Positions 26,124-39,239 of a stretch of DNA of 64,000 nucleotides are shown piece after piece. The notes below the pieces were generated by a model. That model was not told the DNA's origin. It saw only the letters and a list, made by a program, of their open reading frames with translations, and ran no database searches. The DNA is from Octopus vulgaris (lineage: Eukaryota), in contig OX597819.1 in the NCBI GenBank assembly GCA_951406725.2, forward strand, positions 124,372,001 to 124,436,000, given 5' to 3'. How positions within the stretch are numbered: position 1 is the first letter of the stretch; the number at the start of each line of letters is the position of its first letter. The translations under genes and the position numbers were made by a program.

Positions 26124-26677
26124 CGGTTGTAATATGAAAGATCGTCAATAAAGTGCTGGCGAACAAGTACAGTGGCCTTGGTAATTTGGTTTACGTGTCG
26201 ATAGAAGCCAATTTATGTAATTTATGCTACTGGTGCTCGAATGAAATATACATAGACGTTCCTTCATCCCGCTGTTCATCTATAAATACTTCGATTCTCA
26301 ACAGCAACAAGGTTGCATCATACACTTTTGACTCTTTTGAGTTCAGACAAAATAAATCAGTGCACATTATTTATTTACCAGTGTCATCAGTTTATGTATA
26401 TTATGATTGCTCTGTCAGAGTAATGAATTTATTCCACTTATTTATACGAGAGCAAATGGACATGTAAAACCAAATACTATGAAGTGGTTTAGACTTGTTT
26501 CTTAGCAGTTATAGACTAATCACAAAATCCTGTACTATTTACAACATCGACAACCCGACACCTCCCCCAACGAACTGTCACGTAATACTTTTAACCTTAT
26601 AAGAAGCTTCGCCTTTCCTCAAATTTTTCAGGCCTTGCTTCAAGGAAAAAAACAAACAAACAAACCACTAGATGGTC

Positions 26678-26913
26678 GGTACTACTTGAGAACAGTGGTC
26701 CCGGTGCGCGCACTCGCGCATCCGCACTAGCTAGTCGATCCTTACTTTGTGTTTTTGTGTGTTATTTACTTTGTTTAAAAAAAAAAATTATTTTGTGTTT
26801 TAATTAATTTACTAGGTAGTCGTTGTAGGATCGACTAGTCACGACTAGCTAGCGCGGATGCGCGACTACGCGAGTGCGCGCACCGGGACCGCTGTTCTCA
26901 AGTAGTAAGTACC
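26678..26913. mobile_element. CpG-rich palindromic MITE (Merlin-like GG ends)
   Basis: TIR GGTACTACTTGAGAACAG.GGTCCCGGTGCGCGCAC. TAGATGGT duplicated at 26669-26676 and 26914-26921. Sibling at 44905-45150. Confidence 0.8.
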
Positions 26914-27781
26914 TAGATGGTAGGTCTCCAGTGCTATGAATAGAGTTTATGTTATAAAGAAACTACCGAGAACATTAACTAAATCAGTGGTAAGCTAAGA
27001 AGAGTAGAGAGACGAACTCCAGCAGTAGCAGTCAAATGATTTTATAATTGCGACAGTGCGTGTTAATTGTTTAGCCCCCCCCCCCCCCCAACCCAAGCAA
27101 CATTCCAGCCGTGACAATCTCGTGCTTTTTCCAGGCATAGTCTGGCGATTCGGCCACAATTCAATAGAATAATCACGAAAGACGTTCCCACGTCTTTTTA
27201 CATTTCTCGTCTTTTACATTTCCGACGTCTTTTTACAATTTCTCGTTCTAAAAAACAGTGATTCGGGCGAAATGGCTTTTTGTGTGTGTGTGTGATGACG
27301 CTATTGGGTTCGAATTTTGGCAAAATGCCAGCGATTTTCAACTGCTACTTATTTAATCGACACCAAAATACTATTTCACCCAGCATGCTAACGATTCCAC
27401 CAGCTCGCCGCCTTAACGTGTGTGATATTAGTGCTCAGTTCTGACTGTATTTCATGATAATGAAAGATTTTGTTTATCGACCCAAAAGATAAAGTTGTCT
27501 CTGGAATGATTTGAACTAGGAACATGGAGGAGCATTCGAACCAATAAAGTAATCACTAACGTATTTGCTCGAGCTTTGAGCATGATCCTGGATTAACAGC
27601 ACCTTGGAAAAAGACGAAAAAGTCCTGATTAGAGCCTCCGTTATGCCAACCAAATACCGACATGTAGCGATAAATTGCAAAACTTCAGCATGATCGTCCA
27701 GTACTTTATATATCTTGTCAGTTCTGTATTATATCAATAACCTACTGTACTACATGCATATAGTTACATATTGTCCTAGGC

Positions 27782-27840
27782 CAGGGTTGCCAGATTAGAA
27801 AATTAGATATACAAAAGAAATTTCGCATACGGGACACTCT
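27782..27840. mobile_element. hAT-type terminal inverted repeat (CAGGGTTGCCAGATT...ATACGGGACAC)
   Basis: Resembles hAT-Tip100 termini. May be the end of the hAT remnant at 30123-30720. Confidence 0.45.
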
Positions 27841-29036
27841 TAAAATCTCTGTATATATATAAATTTATACATGCCTACACACCTAGAACAATATATTATA
27901 TAAAAGTAGAGACATAAGTTACAAACATAAAGCACTTATTTTAATGGGTTGTAGGAAAAACAAAAGGAAAATCATTTCAAAATTATTGAATACAAGCTAA
28001 AACAAATAAATAAATAAAATCATTAGCCAAATTCTGTTCAAGTGAAATAATTTGAAGTAATTTCTTTAATACAGACAACAGCAAAATAAGCAAACAAAAT
28101 CTGTTGGATCGAAATCATTGTAATTTTTTTTATTTAATGACAAATAGAGACAATATAGAAAATATATTTTAGTGTGAAAGCATTTATTTGGCAATCTTAC
28201 GGTTCTAGTATAGGCAATCTTTCATGCAGGCATGGTATGGATTCGATCCTCGATTGCCAAATTTCACAATCGTTTTTCTGTGAGTGGCAGCAGTTACATT
28301 TACCAGACACCTTCGTTAAGCAGAATTATGCCTTTGCCACTGACCCTTCTAATCTCTTCTATTTCACCAAAAGCTAGAATATAGATAACAGACCCCCATC
28401 GAAATCTATTGTTTTCAACAATATGCCTATCCTTCTAGCTGGTTTTGGATCGTCCCTGTCCGGAAAAATATTATCATATAATTTTTAATTGGTTTCGATT
28501 TCATTGTACTGTGTAAATTCATTCGATTTTCATTAAATCCGATTTTTATGCGAATTAACTAATGTATAACCCCAGTCCGTAAATGTTTTCGTTTTGTCCT
28601 TGTTCTGTCCCCTCTATGTGAGCCATTTATTGGTAATAAATGAATTAGTGAGAGCAACAGTTAGTGAACAGAGACCAACTGGTCACGGACACAAGCAGGC
28701 AACCACTAAAGCCAAACGGCCAGAAGGAAGACAGGTTACAATCTGCCAACGATGACACACAACGTCCATCGACTCTTATAACTTTCACAAGCTCAGTTTC
28801 TTTTCTCTTACAACATCATTCTATCACTATCCATGGTTTGCTACTACGGGAACCTGTACACACACATATCGGCCGAAATTAACTCTTTTTACCTCGCATG
28901 CTTTTCCATTTACTAAAACGTACCAACCCGTCGTGGTTTTGGATATATACAAAGTAACGGTAAATAAATATTTCTTTACAACTTCGATCACTGTTCTTCT
29001 TTCATCTTCCAAATGGCAAACAACGAATACCATTGT

Positions 29037-29931
29037 GGGGCGGAGGTAAAGGACATGGACCGCACCCCCTTTCGGTTATTTTTTTTGGGCGGGGGTCCCT
29101 TCAGAAACCCATCTTTTTTCGACTGCGGAGATTCCGAATCTAAAAAAAAAAAAAAAAAAAAAAAAAAAGCCCTCGGCATTTCAAAAGAAAAAATAAACAT
29201 CCCTCGCCTCCAACTAAAACAGAAAACTCGATATGCTAGAAACAGCAGCTAAACGACGAATCACGTTTTCAAAATTATACAACAGCAAAACCGAAGATCC
29301 ACTCTCTAAATACCGATTACCACAAAAGAAAAAATTTCTAAAAAAAAAGTGAAAAAATTGGGGTGGGGTGAGTTAAAATTTTGAAATGCCGATTTAAAAT
29401 TTTTTTTGCTGATTCGGAATCTCCGCAGTCGAAAAGGTGGGTTTCAGTTTAAAAAATACAAAAAAAAAAAAGAATAACCGACAAGGGGTGCGCCCATGGG
29501 ATCTTTTCGGTTTGAACGTCAGTTTTTAACATAATTTCTAGGTAACTAAAAAATTTTAAACTTCGTATACTGGTAGAATGTGTTTATAAAACATCTTTTT
29601 CTTTTGGCTTTATTGAGAAAATTCTATGGTTTGTAAGATATTTGTTGTTTTTATTTCTGCAATTTCAACCAATCACTGACGTCTATTGAGGTAAAAACAT
29701 TCTGTGCCGTATGAATATGTCCCACGTTTAAGAAACACATTGGGTTTATTTACATTTGTGAAGAAAAAAAGATACCCTTCCCCCCACCCCTAACCCTAAC
29801 CCTAAAACAGATTGAAATGCAATAGATCGATACTAGGGTCATAATTATGGGTGACAATTTCATATGACACCGTTAGAAAAAACTGCCGTTCAAACCGAAA
29901 AGATCCGGCCCATGTCCTTTACCTTCGACCC
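29037..29931. mobile_element. MITE with long TIRs (GGGGCGGAGGTAAAGGACATGG...) and 5-bp TSD ATTGT
   Basis: TIRs of ~150 bp visible; ATTGT at 29032-29036 and 29932-29936. Right TIR interrupted by a second MITE. Confidence 0.75.
29499..29906. mobile_element. GGATCTTTTC-TIR MITE with internal (CCCTAA)n
   Basis: TIR GGATCTTTTCGGTTTGAACG.CAGTTTTT; GCCCATG duplicated in the flanks. Near-identical copy at 48888-49294. Confidence 0.85.
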
Positions 29932-30122
29932 ATTGTCGTTACAAGACAATAAAAAAAATGCAAAGGAAATAATTTAGAAAATTACTATTTAATGCAAGCA
30001 GTACATAAAATAGACGAACAAGTTGTTTCATATGGAGAACATGAAAAGAAACTCAACTAATAAACTTGTATGCAGAATTTTTTTCAACAGACCACGAGAG
30101 AATTAATCTTGAACCATTACCT

Positions 30123-30720
30123 TTAATTATATTTCACTGATGATATAGCTTTTGTTAACAGGTCCTTGTTTGCTAACACATGCCTATAAAATTCTTTACA
30201 TTGACAGTTAAGGTTCCATGTGCATTGTAAGAAAGCTTCTACAGTAGCTACGTCCAATTCATTTCCTTCCTCGGTCCACTGAACATTCATCATTGAGAAT
30301 GATATGCTAGAAACAGCAGCTAAACGACGAATCACATTTTCAAAATTTTACAACAGCCAAACCGAAGATCAACTCTCTAAATACGGATTACCACAAAAGA
30401 AAAATTTCTAAAAAAAAGGTGAAAAAGCTGGTATGCTAAATAGAAATTGGCACAAAATTAACAACTCTGAGTATTGTTCTTGAAATTCAATCTTCTGAAA
30501 GATAGAAAACCATCTTCCATGGCACAGTTTGGGCTTCCATTCATCGGGTTTGATCTGCATCTCTTTAGCAAGGAATTTTTTGAATGCTGACCACTGACAG
30601 AAAAGAATGTTGTCAATTTTTATAACTTTGTCTTTTTAACACTAGACAAGATGATTCTACATGTTTCAATGCTGGAACTGTATCTAATGACATCCAAGTA
30701 AAGTTATCAAAATTGAACCT
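30123..30720 (-). mobile_element. hAT transposase C-terminal remnant
   Basis: ELLILCQFLFSIPA...FSMMNVQWTEE.N.L.VATV..C.EFY...LL....SS.KY resembles the hAT dimerisation region. Confidence 0.7.
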
Positions 30721-32540
30721 AGGCTTGCGAAGACCTGTTGGGGAAGGTGAAAATCGGAATCGAAATTGAACCAAATCCTATGACTGGCACCCGGCAGTTG
30801 CCAGTGCCGCTGGACTGACTCCTGTGTAGGTGGCAAGTAAAGAAACACCAATTCGACCCTGTGCTTGAGGAGACATATTGAGTCAAGTACATCAACATAA
30901 AAAAATCAATGGAAATTGTAGTTGTGATCCCTGTGCCGGTGGCATGTAAAAAGCACTAACCGATCGTGGCCGTTGCCAACCTCGCCTGGCCCCTGTACCG
31001 GTGGCATGTAAAAAGCACCCACTACACTCACAGAGTGGTTGGCGTTAGGAAGGGCATCCAGCTGTAGAAACACTATCTGGTGGTCATTCTGGAAGCTAGG
31101 GATAGACAAGTGTTTGGTGAGAGCTGTACAAGCCTTGTACAGGGACACTACCAGTAAGGTGAGGGTGGGCAATGAGTACAGCGGAGAGTTCAGGTTACAA
31201 GTAGGGATTCACCAAGGATTGGTGTTCATCATAGTCCTCCAGGCAATAACAGGAATTTAAGACAGGCTGCCCCTGGGAGCTCCTTTATGCGGATGACCTT
31301 GCCTTTGTAGCTGAATCACTACCTGAGCTAGAGAAAAAGTTCCAGGTATGAAATCAAGGTCTAGAATCAAAGGGCCTTAGAGTTAACCTAGCAAAAAGCG
31401 AAGTCATATTAAGTAAGAAGGCAGACAAATCACAAATCCCCTCAGGTAGAAACTCCATAAGATGCACCCAGAGAAAGCTTTGGATGCACAAAAGGTGCAG
31501 CAACATCAAAGGAAGGTTAGCAGAGAAACTAACTTTTGTATGTGGAAGGTGCACAGGCATCATAAATGCTGAACATGTGCAGAAAATAGACTCCATCAAC
31601 AGCCAGTAGGGTAAACTAGAGGTAGTGGATAGCTTCCGGTGTCTAGGTGACCAGGTTAGTAGTGGAGATTGATGCTCCAAGAGCGTAGCTGTGAGAATAA
31701 GATTAGGCTGGGAAAAGTTCAGGGAGCTCCTACCCCTGCTGGCAACAAAGGGCCACTCTCTCAGAGTGAAAGGCAGATTGTTTGATGCTATGCTGCATAG
31801 CAGTGAAACATGGGTTATAACAGCCCATGTGTAGGCTAGAGAGAAAAGAAGCCAGTATGTTTCGTTGGATGTGCAATGCCAGTGTGCATGTTTGACAGAG
31901 TCTAAGCATCTTGAGAGAAAAGTTATGCACAGGAGGAATCAAAGATGGTGTGCAAGAGAGACAACTGCGCTGGTATGGTCATGTGAAACATATAGAGGAG
32001 GGTGGCTGTGTAAAGAAGTGCCGATCTCTAACTGTGGAGGGAAGATGAGGAAGAGGTAGACCCAGGAAGACATGGGACATGGTGGTGAAACATGATCTTC
32101 AAACTTTGAACCTCACGAAGACAATGACTAGTAACCGAGACCTATGGTGATGTGCTCTACTTAAGGGGACACGTGCTGGAGGCATTAAAAAAAAATCAAC
32201 CTTTGAGCATTGGGCCTCATGGAAGCAAAGTGGCTGAGTTCCTTTTGAGTGTTGGGCCTCACCTTTGGCATTATGTCATGCTTGAGAAGACCCATCAAGC
32301 TGAGCAAAATTGCAGTTGTGGCAGATACCAGTGTTATGCAAATGACACCTGTACTGGTGGCACATAAAAGCACCCATTACACTCTTGGAGGGGTTGGCAT
32401 TAGGAAGGGCATCCAGCTGTAGAAAACCATTCCAAATCAGCCTGGAGCCTGGCACAGCCTTCCAGCATGCCAGCCCAGTAAAACTGTCCAACCCATGCCA
32501 GCATGGACAACGGACATTAAATGATGATGATGATGATGAT
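30720..32540 (+). mobile_element. RTE LINE: 3' UTR fragment (30720-31072) abutting degenerate ORF2 (31073-32170) and 3' UTR/tail
   Basis: IWW...KLGI.....R.VQALY, VGIHQG, PWELLYADDL, internal W.HKRC zinc motif, QLRWYGHV, GRPRKTW; ends in (GAT)n. Confidence 0.9.
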
Positions 32541-32848
32541 GTCATCTGGCTACCATATCCTAGGCAAACTTTTGCAATAGATATTACGAATAAAATGAAA
32601 TTTCTTTTTTTTTTCACCATTTTATAATTAATACTTTATATTCGATGGGCAATTAATGACGAGCACTAAAATATTCTATTATCTTCAAAGTGTGACTAAT
32701 TGAATGTCGGCCATCTCACTTTGAAGATATGTACGTATGGAAGGCAATTATTAAATTATGATGATGATGATGATATGAATATAAACCTGCTCTTTTTTTA
32801 GAAAAGTTTGAATGACTCTACACAAGTAGGGAGAAGAAACAGCTGAAA

Positions 32849-34796
32849 ATGATGGAACTTTACCCACTGGATTTTTCTCAGAAAAATATACCTATCCCTA
32901 CACAAAAACAATATCTCAAAAGTCTTATAGAGAAAACGGAAGAGTTTGTTCGAAGATTGAGATGGAAAGCCTTCTTCTTTGATACTAAACAGAAAACCAA
33001 TGGAAGCAAATACGGACTTAAATCTTCCACCACCTATTGCGGAATTAGAAGTCTTTGAGAAAGACCGGAATTAGAAGCCTTCGAGAAAGACCTTTTCGAA
33101 CTTATTAGAAAAATTAAATTCCGTAAATATAGCAACCAATTACAGAGAAATATGAAAGAAAATATTAAGGAAATTAACAACTGGAATAAGATCTTCGTTA
33201 AGTCTGATAAGACAAGAAACTTATATGCACTTGATAAGGACGTTTGCAAGCGTCTAATTTCGAATAGTGTCACAGATACATACAAAAAAGATAACACAAA
33301 TATATACAAAGAGGTGAATTTGGAAGCAAGAAGAATAGCTAACAATTTTAAGAATAGTGATAGGATAGAATATCTTTCCCCTGCGACCCGCTATTATTAC
33401 CCTAAAAGACCATAAAGCCAATTTTAATAGAAACCCCAAATGTAGATTGATCAATCCGGCTAAAACTGAAATATATTTTGGACTATATTTTAACTAAGTT
33501 AGATAGTGAATTAGACTTGAGAATTTGGAAGAATAATAAGTCAGTTATAGAGTGGTTCAAAGGGATTAACTATAAGCGTAACTGCAATTTTATGCAGTTT
33601 GATTTTATTGACTTTTACCCATCAATATCTAGGACTTTACTCCTAAGAGCATTAGACTTCGCCAAGCAGTATCTCAACATCGATAACTCGGAAATTGATA
33701 TCATACATGCAAGGAAATCACTTCTTTTTTTCGAGGATTCCACCTGGGTTAAGAAGAGTGAGGATTCTCTTTTCGATGTACCGACGGGGCTGAGTTATGT
33801 ATGCTCATAGGAGCCTATATTCTACATAATCTAAAAATAGAATTCTCATTTATAGATGCAGGTTTATATAGGGATGATGGCCTTATAGTCACCCATAATT
33901 TAAACAGCCATGAATCAGATAAACTTAGGAAGGACCTTATTGCTTTCTTCCAAAGGATGGGATTATGGGTTACGATAGATGCTAACCTGAAAAGTGTAGA
34001 TATTTTAGATGTAAATTTGGATTTAAGGTCGGATAAATTTAAACCTTACCATAAGCCTAATGATAAGCTATCTTATATTAGCAAAGAATCAAATCATCTG
34101 CCAGTTATTCTTAGGAACTTAGTCAGTAATGTAGGTAGACGAATATCGTCAATTTCTTCAGATGAAGCAGCATTCCAAAATGCCACACCTTATTACGATA
34201 GTGCATTAAGGAATAGTGGATTCTCTGAGAAGATCCAGTATAACCAACTTAATGCTAGTAGTAATGCTACGCGTAGAACTAGGACCAGGAAAGTTTTGTG
34301 GTTCAACCCAGCTTTCAATTTGGCTGTAAAAACAAATATAGGTAGAGAATTCTTGAAATTAGTCTCTAGGCATTTTCAACCGGATCATAAATTTTATAGA
34401 ATATTTAATAGAAGAACGCTTAAGATCAGCTATTCTTGCTGCAGAAACTTTACCTCTTTCGTTAACCAACAGAACAGTAGGATAATTGCTAATAAGCATA
34501 GTGCCGATCCTCTTAAAAAATGTAATTGCAAAGATGGATCCTCCTGTCCGTTGGAAGGAAAATGTCTGGAGAAAGGAATCATATATAGAGCCAAGGTGCA
34601 GATAAAAGGCTCATGCGAATATAGGACTTATACAGGGGCTTCTGAAAATTCTTTTAAAACCCGATTTTATTCGCATAAAAATTCCTTTAGATACCCCAAA
34701 AATAGCACGAAGACCAGCCTGGTGAAATATGTCTGGGAGTTAAAAGAAAAAGAAACCCGACCTTTCAATGTGTCATGGAGTACTTTGGATAGAGTG
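32849..34796 (+). mobile_element. Naiad-type Penelope-like retroelement, frameshifted and 3'-truncated
   Basis: FSQKNIPIP..RRLRWKAFFF, KSDKTRNLY, KDHK..F...[40 protein letters not shown]...CPL.GKC...IIY...YTG...FK.R...H..SF (GIY-YIG). Confidence 0.9.
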
Positions 34797-35530
34797 GCAC
34801 CTCCTGAACCTCATCAACACTTTGTACATGGAGCAAATAGTACTCCAACCAACCAGGGCAGGTAACATGCTGGATCTCTGCTTCACAAATAATATGGATC
34901 TCATCCATAATGTGAAAGTGACACCAACGCTACTCTCGGATCACAACATGGTAGAGCTGACCATGTACGGGCCAAAGGAAAGCATGGACATACAGCCTAC
35001 AAGAAACTCCAGCTTGAACTTCCATAAGGCAAACTGGAAACAAATTGAGAAAGAGATCCTCAAACAAAACTGACCTGAATGTCTCTCCTCACCAGACATC
35101 GACATGAAACTTCAACAATTCATGTCTGTAATGCAAGCCATATGCTACAAATGTGTCCCAGAGAGAAAGGCCACTGTACACAAGAACAAAATCCCCAGGG
35201 AGAGGAAAATTCTTATGAGACGGCGTACAAAAGTTTCAAATCGCCTAAACAAACAAATTGAAAGTGAAAAGTCCCGCCTGAAAATAAATCCACTGGAAAT
35301 TGAAAAAAGTCTGCAACTCTCCCATGAAAAAGAAAGAGCAGACAAAGAAGCCTGGGCTATAGACAATATGAAATCTAACCCCAGAGCTTTCTACAAGTTT
35401 GCCAAAGAAACAGCTTTGGTGCACTGCAGGATAGGGCCACTCCAGAAAAAGATGGTACACTCACAGGAAATCCAATGAGGATATGTGAAATACTAAATGA
35501 GCAATTCAAAAGTATTTTCACTCCACCCCT
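34797..35530 (+). mobile_element. CR1-group LINE fragment (APE end and linker)
   Basis: QIV.QPTR.GN.LDLCFTN...LSDHNMV, NFHKANW, I...[21 protein letters not shown]. Confidence 0.75.
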
Positions 35531-35534
35531 AGGG

Positions 35535-36047
<513 letters not shown>

Positions 36048-36233
36048 ACAAAATGAGAAAATGGAGAAACATACTTAAATCAATCAATCATCAACCATCA
36101 GATAATACCCAATCAATACTTTATTACACCATTACATAACAGCAATCATCATCATCATCGTTTAACGTCCGCTTTCCATGCTAGCATGACATTATAGAAA
36201 TATATGTATGCATATATATTGACAATATATGTC

Positions 36234-36516
36234 TATTCATGCACTGCTGTTGTAAATAGCCAGTGAGTTTATTAAAGAAATAATAGCGGCAGAAGCAGTA
36301 TATTAATACCAAAAGGTAATCTTAATCACCAACTTAACATGGAAGTTGCATTAGAGCATAAGATCCTCTCAAGGTAAATAAGATAATATTCAATTTTCTA
36401 ACACAGGCTCCATGTTAAGTGGGAGATCAAGATAATCTTATGGATTTAATACTACTGTTGCTATTCCTTACTTTTTAATAAGCCCACTGGTCATTTGCAA
36501 CACCAGTGCATGAATA
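36234..36516. mobile_element. Old palindromic MITE
   Basis: TATTCATGCACTG.TGTTG.AAAT...ATTTGCAACACCAGTGCATGAATA with degenerate arms. Partial copy at about 36970-37007. Confidence 0.6.
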
Positions 36517-36658
36517 TATTGTTGATGGGAAATTCAGCTGTTATGTTGCAACTGGATTTCTGTATCTGAGGAATCTATAGCAGGGTGAAATCATGTGATC
36601 TGGCAGTTCTGGTGACTGTACAAGAGGATTTTCATTTGTCAATGATATAATGGTGAGT

Positions 36659-36895
36659 AAAGGCTGTGAGCTGGCAGAAACGTTAGCATGCCGGGCCGAG
36701 ATGCTTAGCAGTATTTTGTCTGCCACCACGTTCTGAGTTCAAATTCTGCCGAGGTCGACTTTGCCTTTCATTCTTTCGGGGTCGATTAAATAAGTACCAG
36801 TAACGCACTGGGGTCGATATAATCAACTTAATCCGTTTGTCTGTCCTTGTTTATCCTCTCTGTGTTTAGCCCCTTGTGGGTAGTAAAGAAATAGG
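36659..36895 (+). mobile_element. SINE family B with 13-bp TSD
   Basis: TATAATGGTGAGT at 36646-36658 and 36896-36908. Confidence 0.9.
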
Positions 36896-37011
36896 TATAA
36901 TGGTGAGTGCTTTTTATGCATGAGTCCTTATGGGATATTCTCTGAAGATAAATAATACAGTATTCTCTGTTCTAACACAACCTCCATGTTAAGTTGGAGA
37001 TCAAGATGCAT

Positions 37012-37042
<31 letters not shown>

Positions 37043-37129
37043 CACACACACATATATAATTATATACACACACATACACATATAGGTTTGTTAGAACAAA
37101 CTGGTTAGAAGGAAAACTAGAACTGTAAC

Positions 37130-37904
37130 ACACCCAGTAATTTGGTTGTCACTAAGGGAACTATGTAGAGATAAATGACTTGTGAGGGCTCCACAATGGT
37201 ACAGTTATGAAACTGTGTCATTGAGGAGATCAGCAATAAATTTAGCATAAATGCAGGTATCCTCAAAGTTCAGTCTTCACTTTCCTTCTCTTCATCATTG
37301 TGCTGCAGAACATCCCATAGGAGTTCAAGACCAAGTGTGCATAGGAGCTCCAGAATGTTGATTATCTAACTCTGAATCTGTGGTAGAAGCAAAGAAGAAA
37401 TGCCAGGTGTGATGCCTCAAGGTAAATTTAACTAAGATTAATGTGCTAGTAAGCAAAAAAGGAAATATGATCCTGGTACCATCAGGGAAGCAACCTGGTT
37501 TGATAAGATAAAAAAAAGTAGGTAGGAACTCAATACGCTGTACTCAGTGTAAGCTTTGAAGGCACAAGAGATGTAATACAATCACAGGCAGACTAACAGA
37601 GAAAGCAAGCTTTGTATGTGGCAGATACACTGAGGCCAGAGGCACACAGGGGAGGCTATAAATGGACTCTCTTAAATGCCCAACTGGGTCACAAGAAGTT
37701 GCAGAAAACATGTAAAGGCTAAAAGAAAAATGAGTGGTTGTGTGGTAAGTAGCTTGCTAACCAACCACATGGTTCCGGGTTCAGTCCCACTGCGTGGCGT
37801 CTTGGGCAAGTGTCTTCTACTATAGCCCCGGGCCGACCAATGTCTTGTGAGTGGATTTGGTAGACAGAAACTGAAAGAAGCCTGTCGTATATATGTATAT
37901 ATAT

Positions 37905-37938
<34 letters not shown>

Positions 37939-38420
37939 TTGTACCCCTAGCATTGCTTGACAACCGATGCTGGTGTGTTTATGTCCCCGTCACTTAGCGG
38001 TTCGGCAAAAGAGACCAATAGAATAAGTACTGGGCTTACAAAGAATAAGTCCCGGGGTCAATTTGGTCGACTAAAGGCGGTGCTCCAGCATGGCCGCAGT
38101 CAAATGACTGAAACAAGTAAAAGAGTATGCTCTGATGGATGTGCAATGTCAGTGTCCACGAACATCAGTGTACGAATGAGGTGAGAGAAAAATTGAGCTT
38201 AAGAGGAATCAGATGTGGTGTGCAAGAGAGAGAGGCTGGTATTGGTCTGAGTATGTGATGTATAGGAAGGATGGCAGCTGCATAAGGAAGTGTTATGAGC
38301 TCCAGGTTAGTGGAATCCATGGAAGAGGGAAACTAGGAAAGACATGGAGCAAAATTGTGAAGACTGACCTAAAAATGGTGCATCTCATGGAGGAGATAAC
38401 AAGGACTGTACTAACTGGGG
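37130..38420 (+). mobile_element. Old RTE ORF2 remnant, interrupted by a SINE
   Basis: Degenerate similarity to 31073-32170; GRGK..KTW...VK.DL at about 38320-38375. Confidence 0.6.
37733..38125 (+). mobile_element. SINE family C
   Basis: Full copy with tRNA-like head, (TA/TG)n and AAACAAGTAAAAGA tail. Confidence 0.85.
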
Positions 38421-38509
38421 GTGGTGGTGCTGCAGAAGATCTGATTACCTGTGAGGGAAAAAGGTTTAAGTGATGGTAGTAACAAAGATTGGGATGTCTA
38501 TATATGTAT

Positions 38510-39030
38510 GCGACGTGCAACCAAGAGAATACCCTCCATCGGGCATTTGCGATATTCTGAACGCCTTACTTCCCTGGGCATGGACACATTGAAACTCCGA
38601 CGCCTGGCAGCTGACTTGGCAGACACCCATAAAATTATTAACCATCTTACAAACAATAACTCTGAGCACCTTTTCAAACTCCATCTGTCTAACACCTGTG
38701 GACATGTTTACAAAATCAGAAAACGGCACAGCTCCTTCCATGGCTTTCGGAAACATTTTTTCATGCTAAGAGTTGCTGAAGCATGGAACAGACTGCTGGC
38801 ATCAGTTGTTAGTTGTCGGAGCACTGCATCCTTCAAAACTTCCATGCTTCCTGAGATTCGCCAACACTACACCTGATTTCCTCCCTCCATACACACGCAA
38901 GCATGTATCTGACTCATACACTGTTCACTTCCCAGACATTTGTACATTACTGCATATGCTTTATATGCACTTTTGACAAGTTGTGGTACACCTGAGCACT
39001 GTATACAATAATCTCATTATTATTATTATT
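38510..39030 (+). mobile_element. CR1-clade LINE 3' end
   Basis: RRATKRIP....LRYSERL..LG..TL..RRL..DL...HKI, FF..RV..AWN.L; (ATT)n tail. Confidence 0.8.
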
Positions 39031-39239
39031 TTTATTTTATTATTTTTATTATGTATGTATATGTGTGTGTGTGTGTGTGTGTCCCACCCATGCCAGCATC
39101 AAAGGCAGACGTTAAACGACGATGTGTGTGTGTGTGTAATTTCAAGCATGAAAGTAAAACCTGGAATCAAAGAGTTTTATAGTTAACAAAGAGCTAAGTT
39201 CTAGTAAGCCGAAAAACAGACAGGACTGCAGTCTCGACA

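Noticed and set aside
27560-27663. Minus-strand ATG ORF MSVFGWHNGGSNQDFF... ending at a GTTAGT donor
   Set aside because: Weak acceptor context, no recognised protein, and phase incompatible with a direct join to the 31-aa frame of the 10434 exon.
28827-29033. Minus-strand ORF faintly resembling a transposase segment
   Set aside because: Catalytic residues not recognisable; insufficient support.
29787-29806. (CCCTAA)n as a true interstitial telomere
   Set aside because: Only about three units, at a fixed position inside a MITE.
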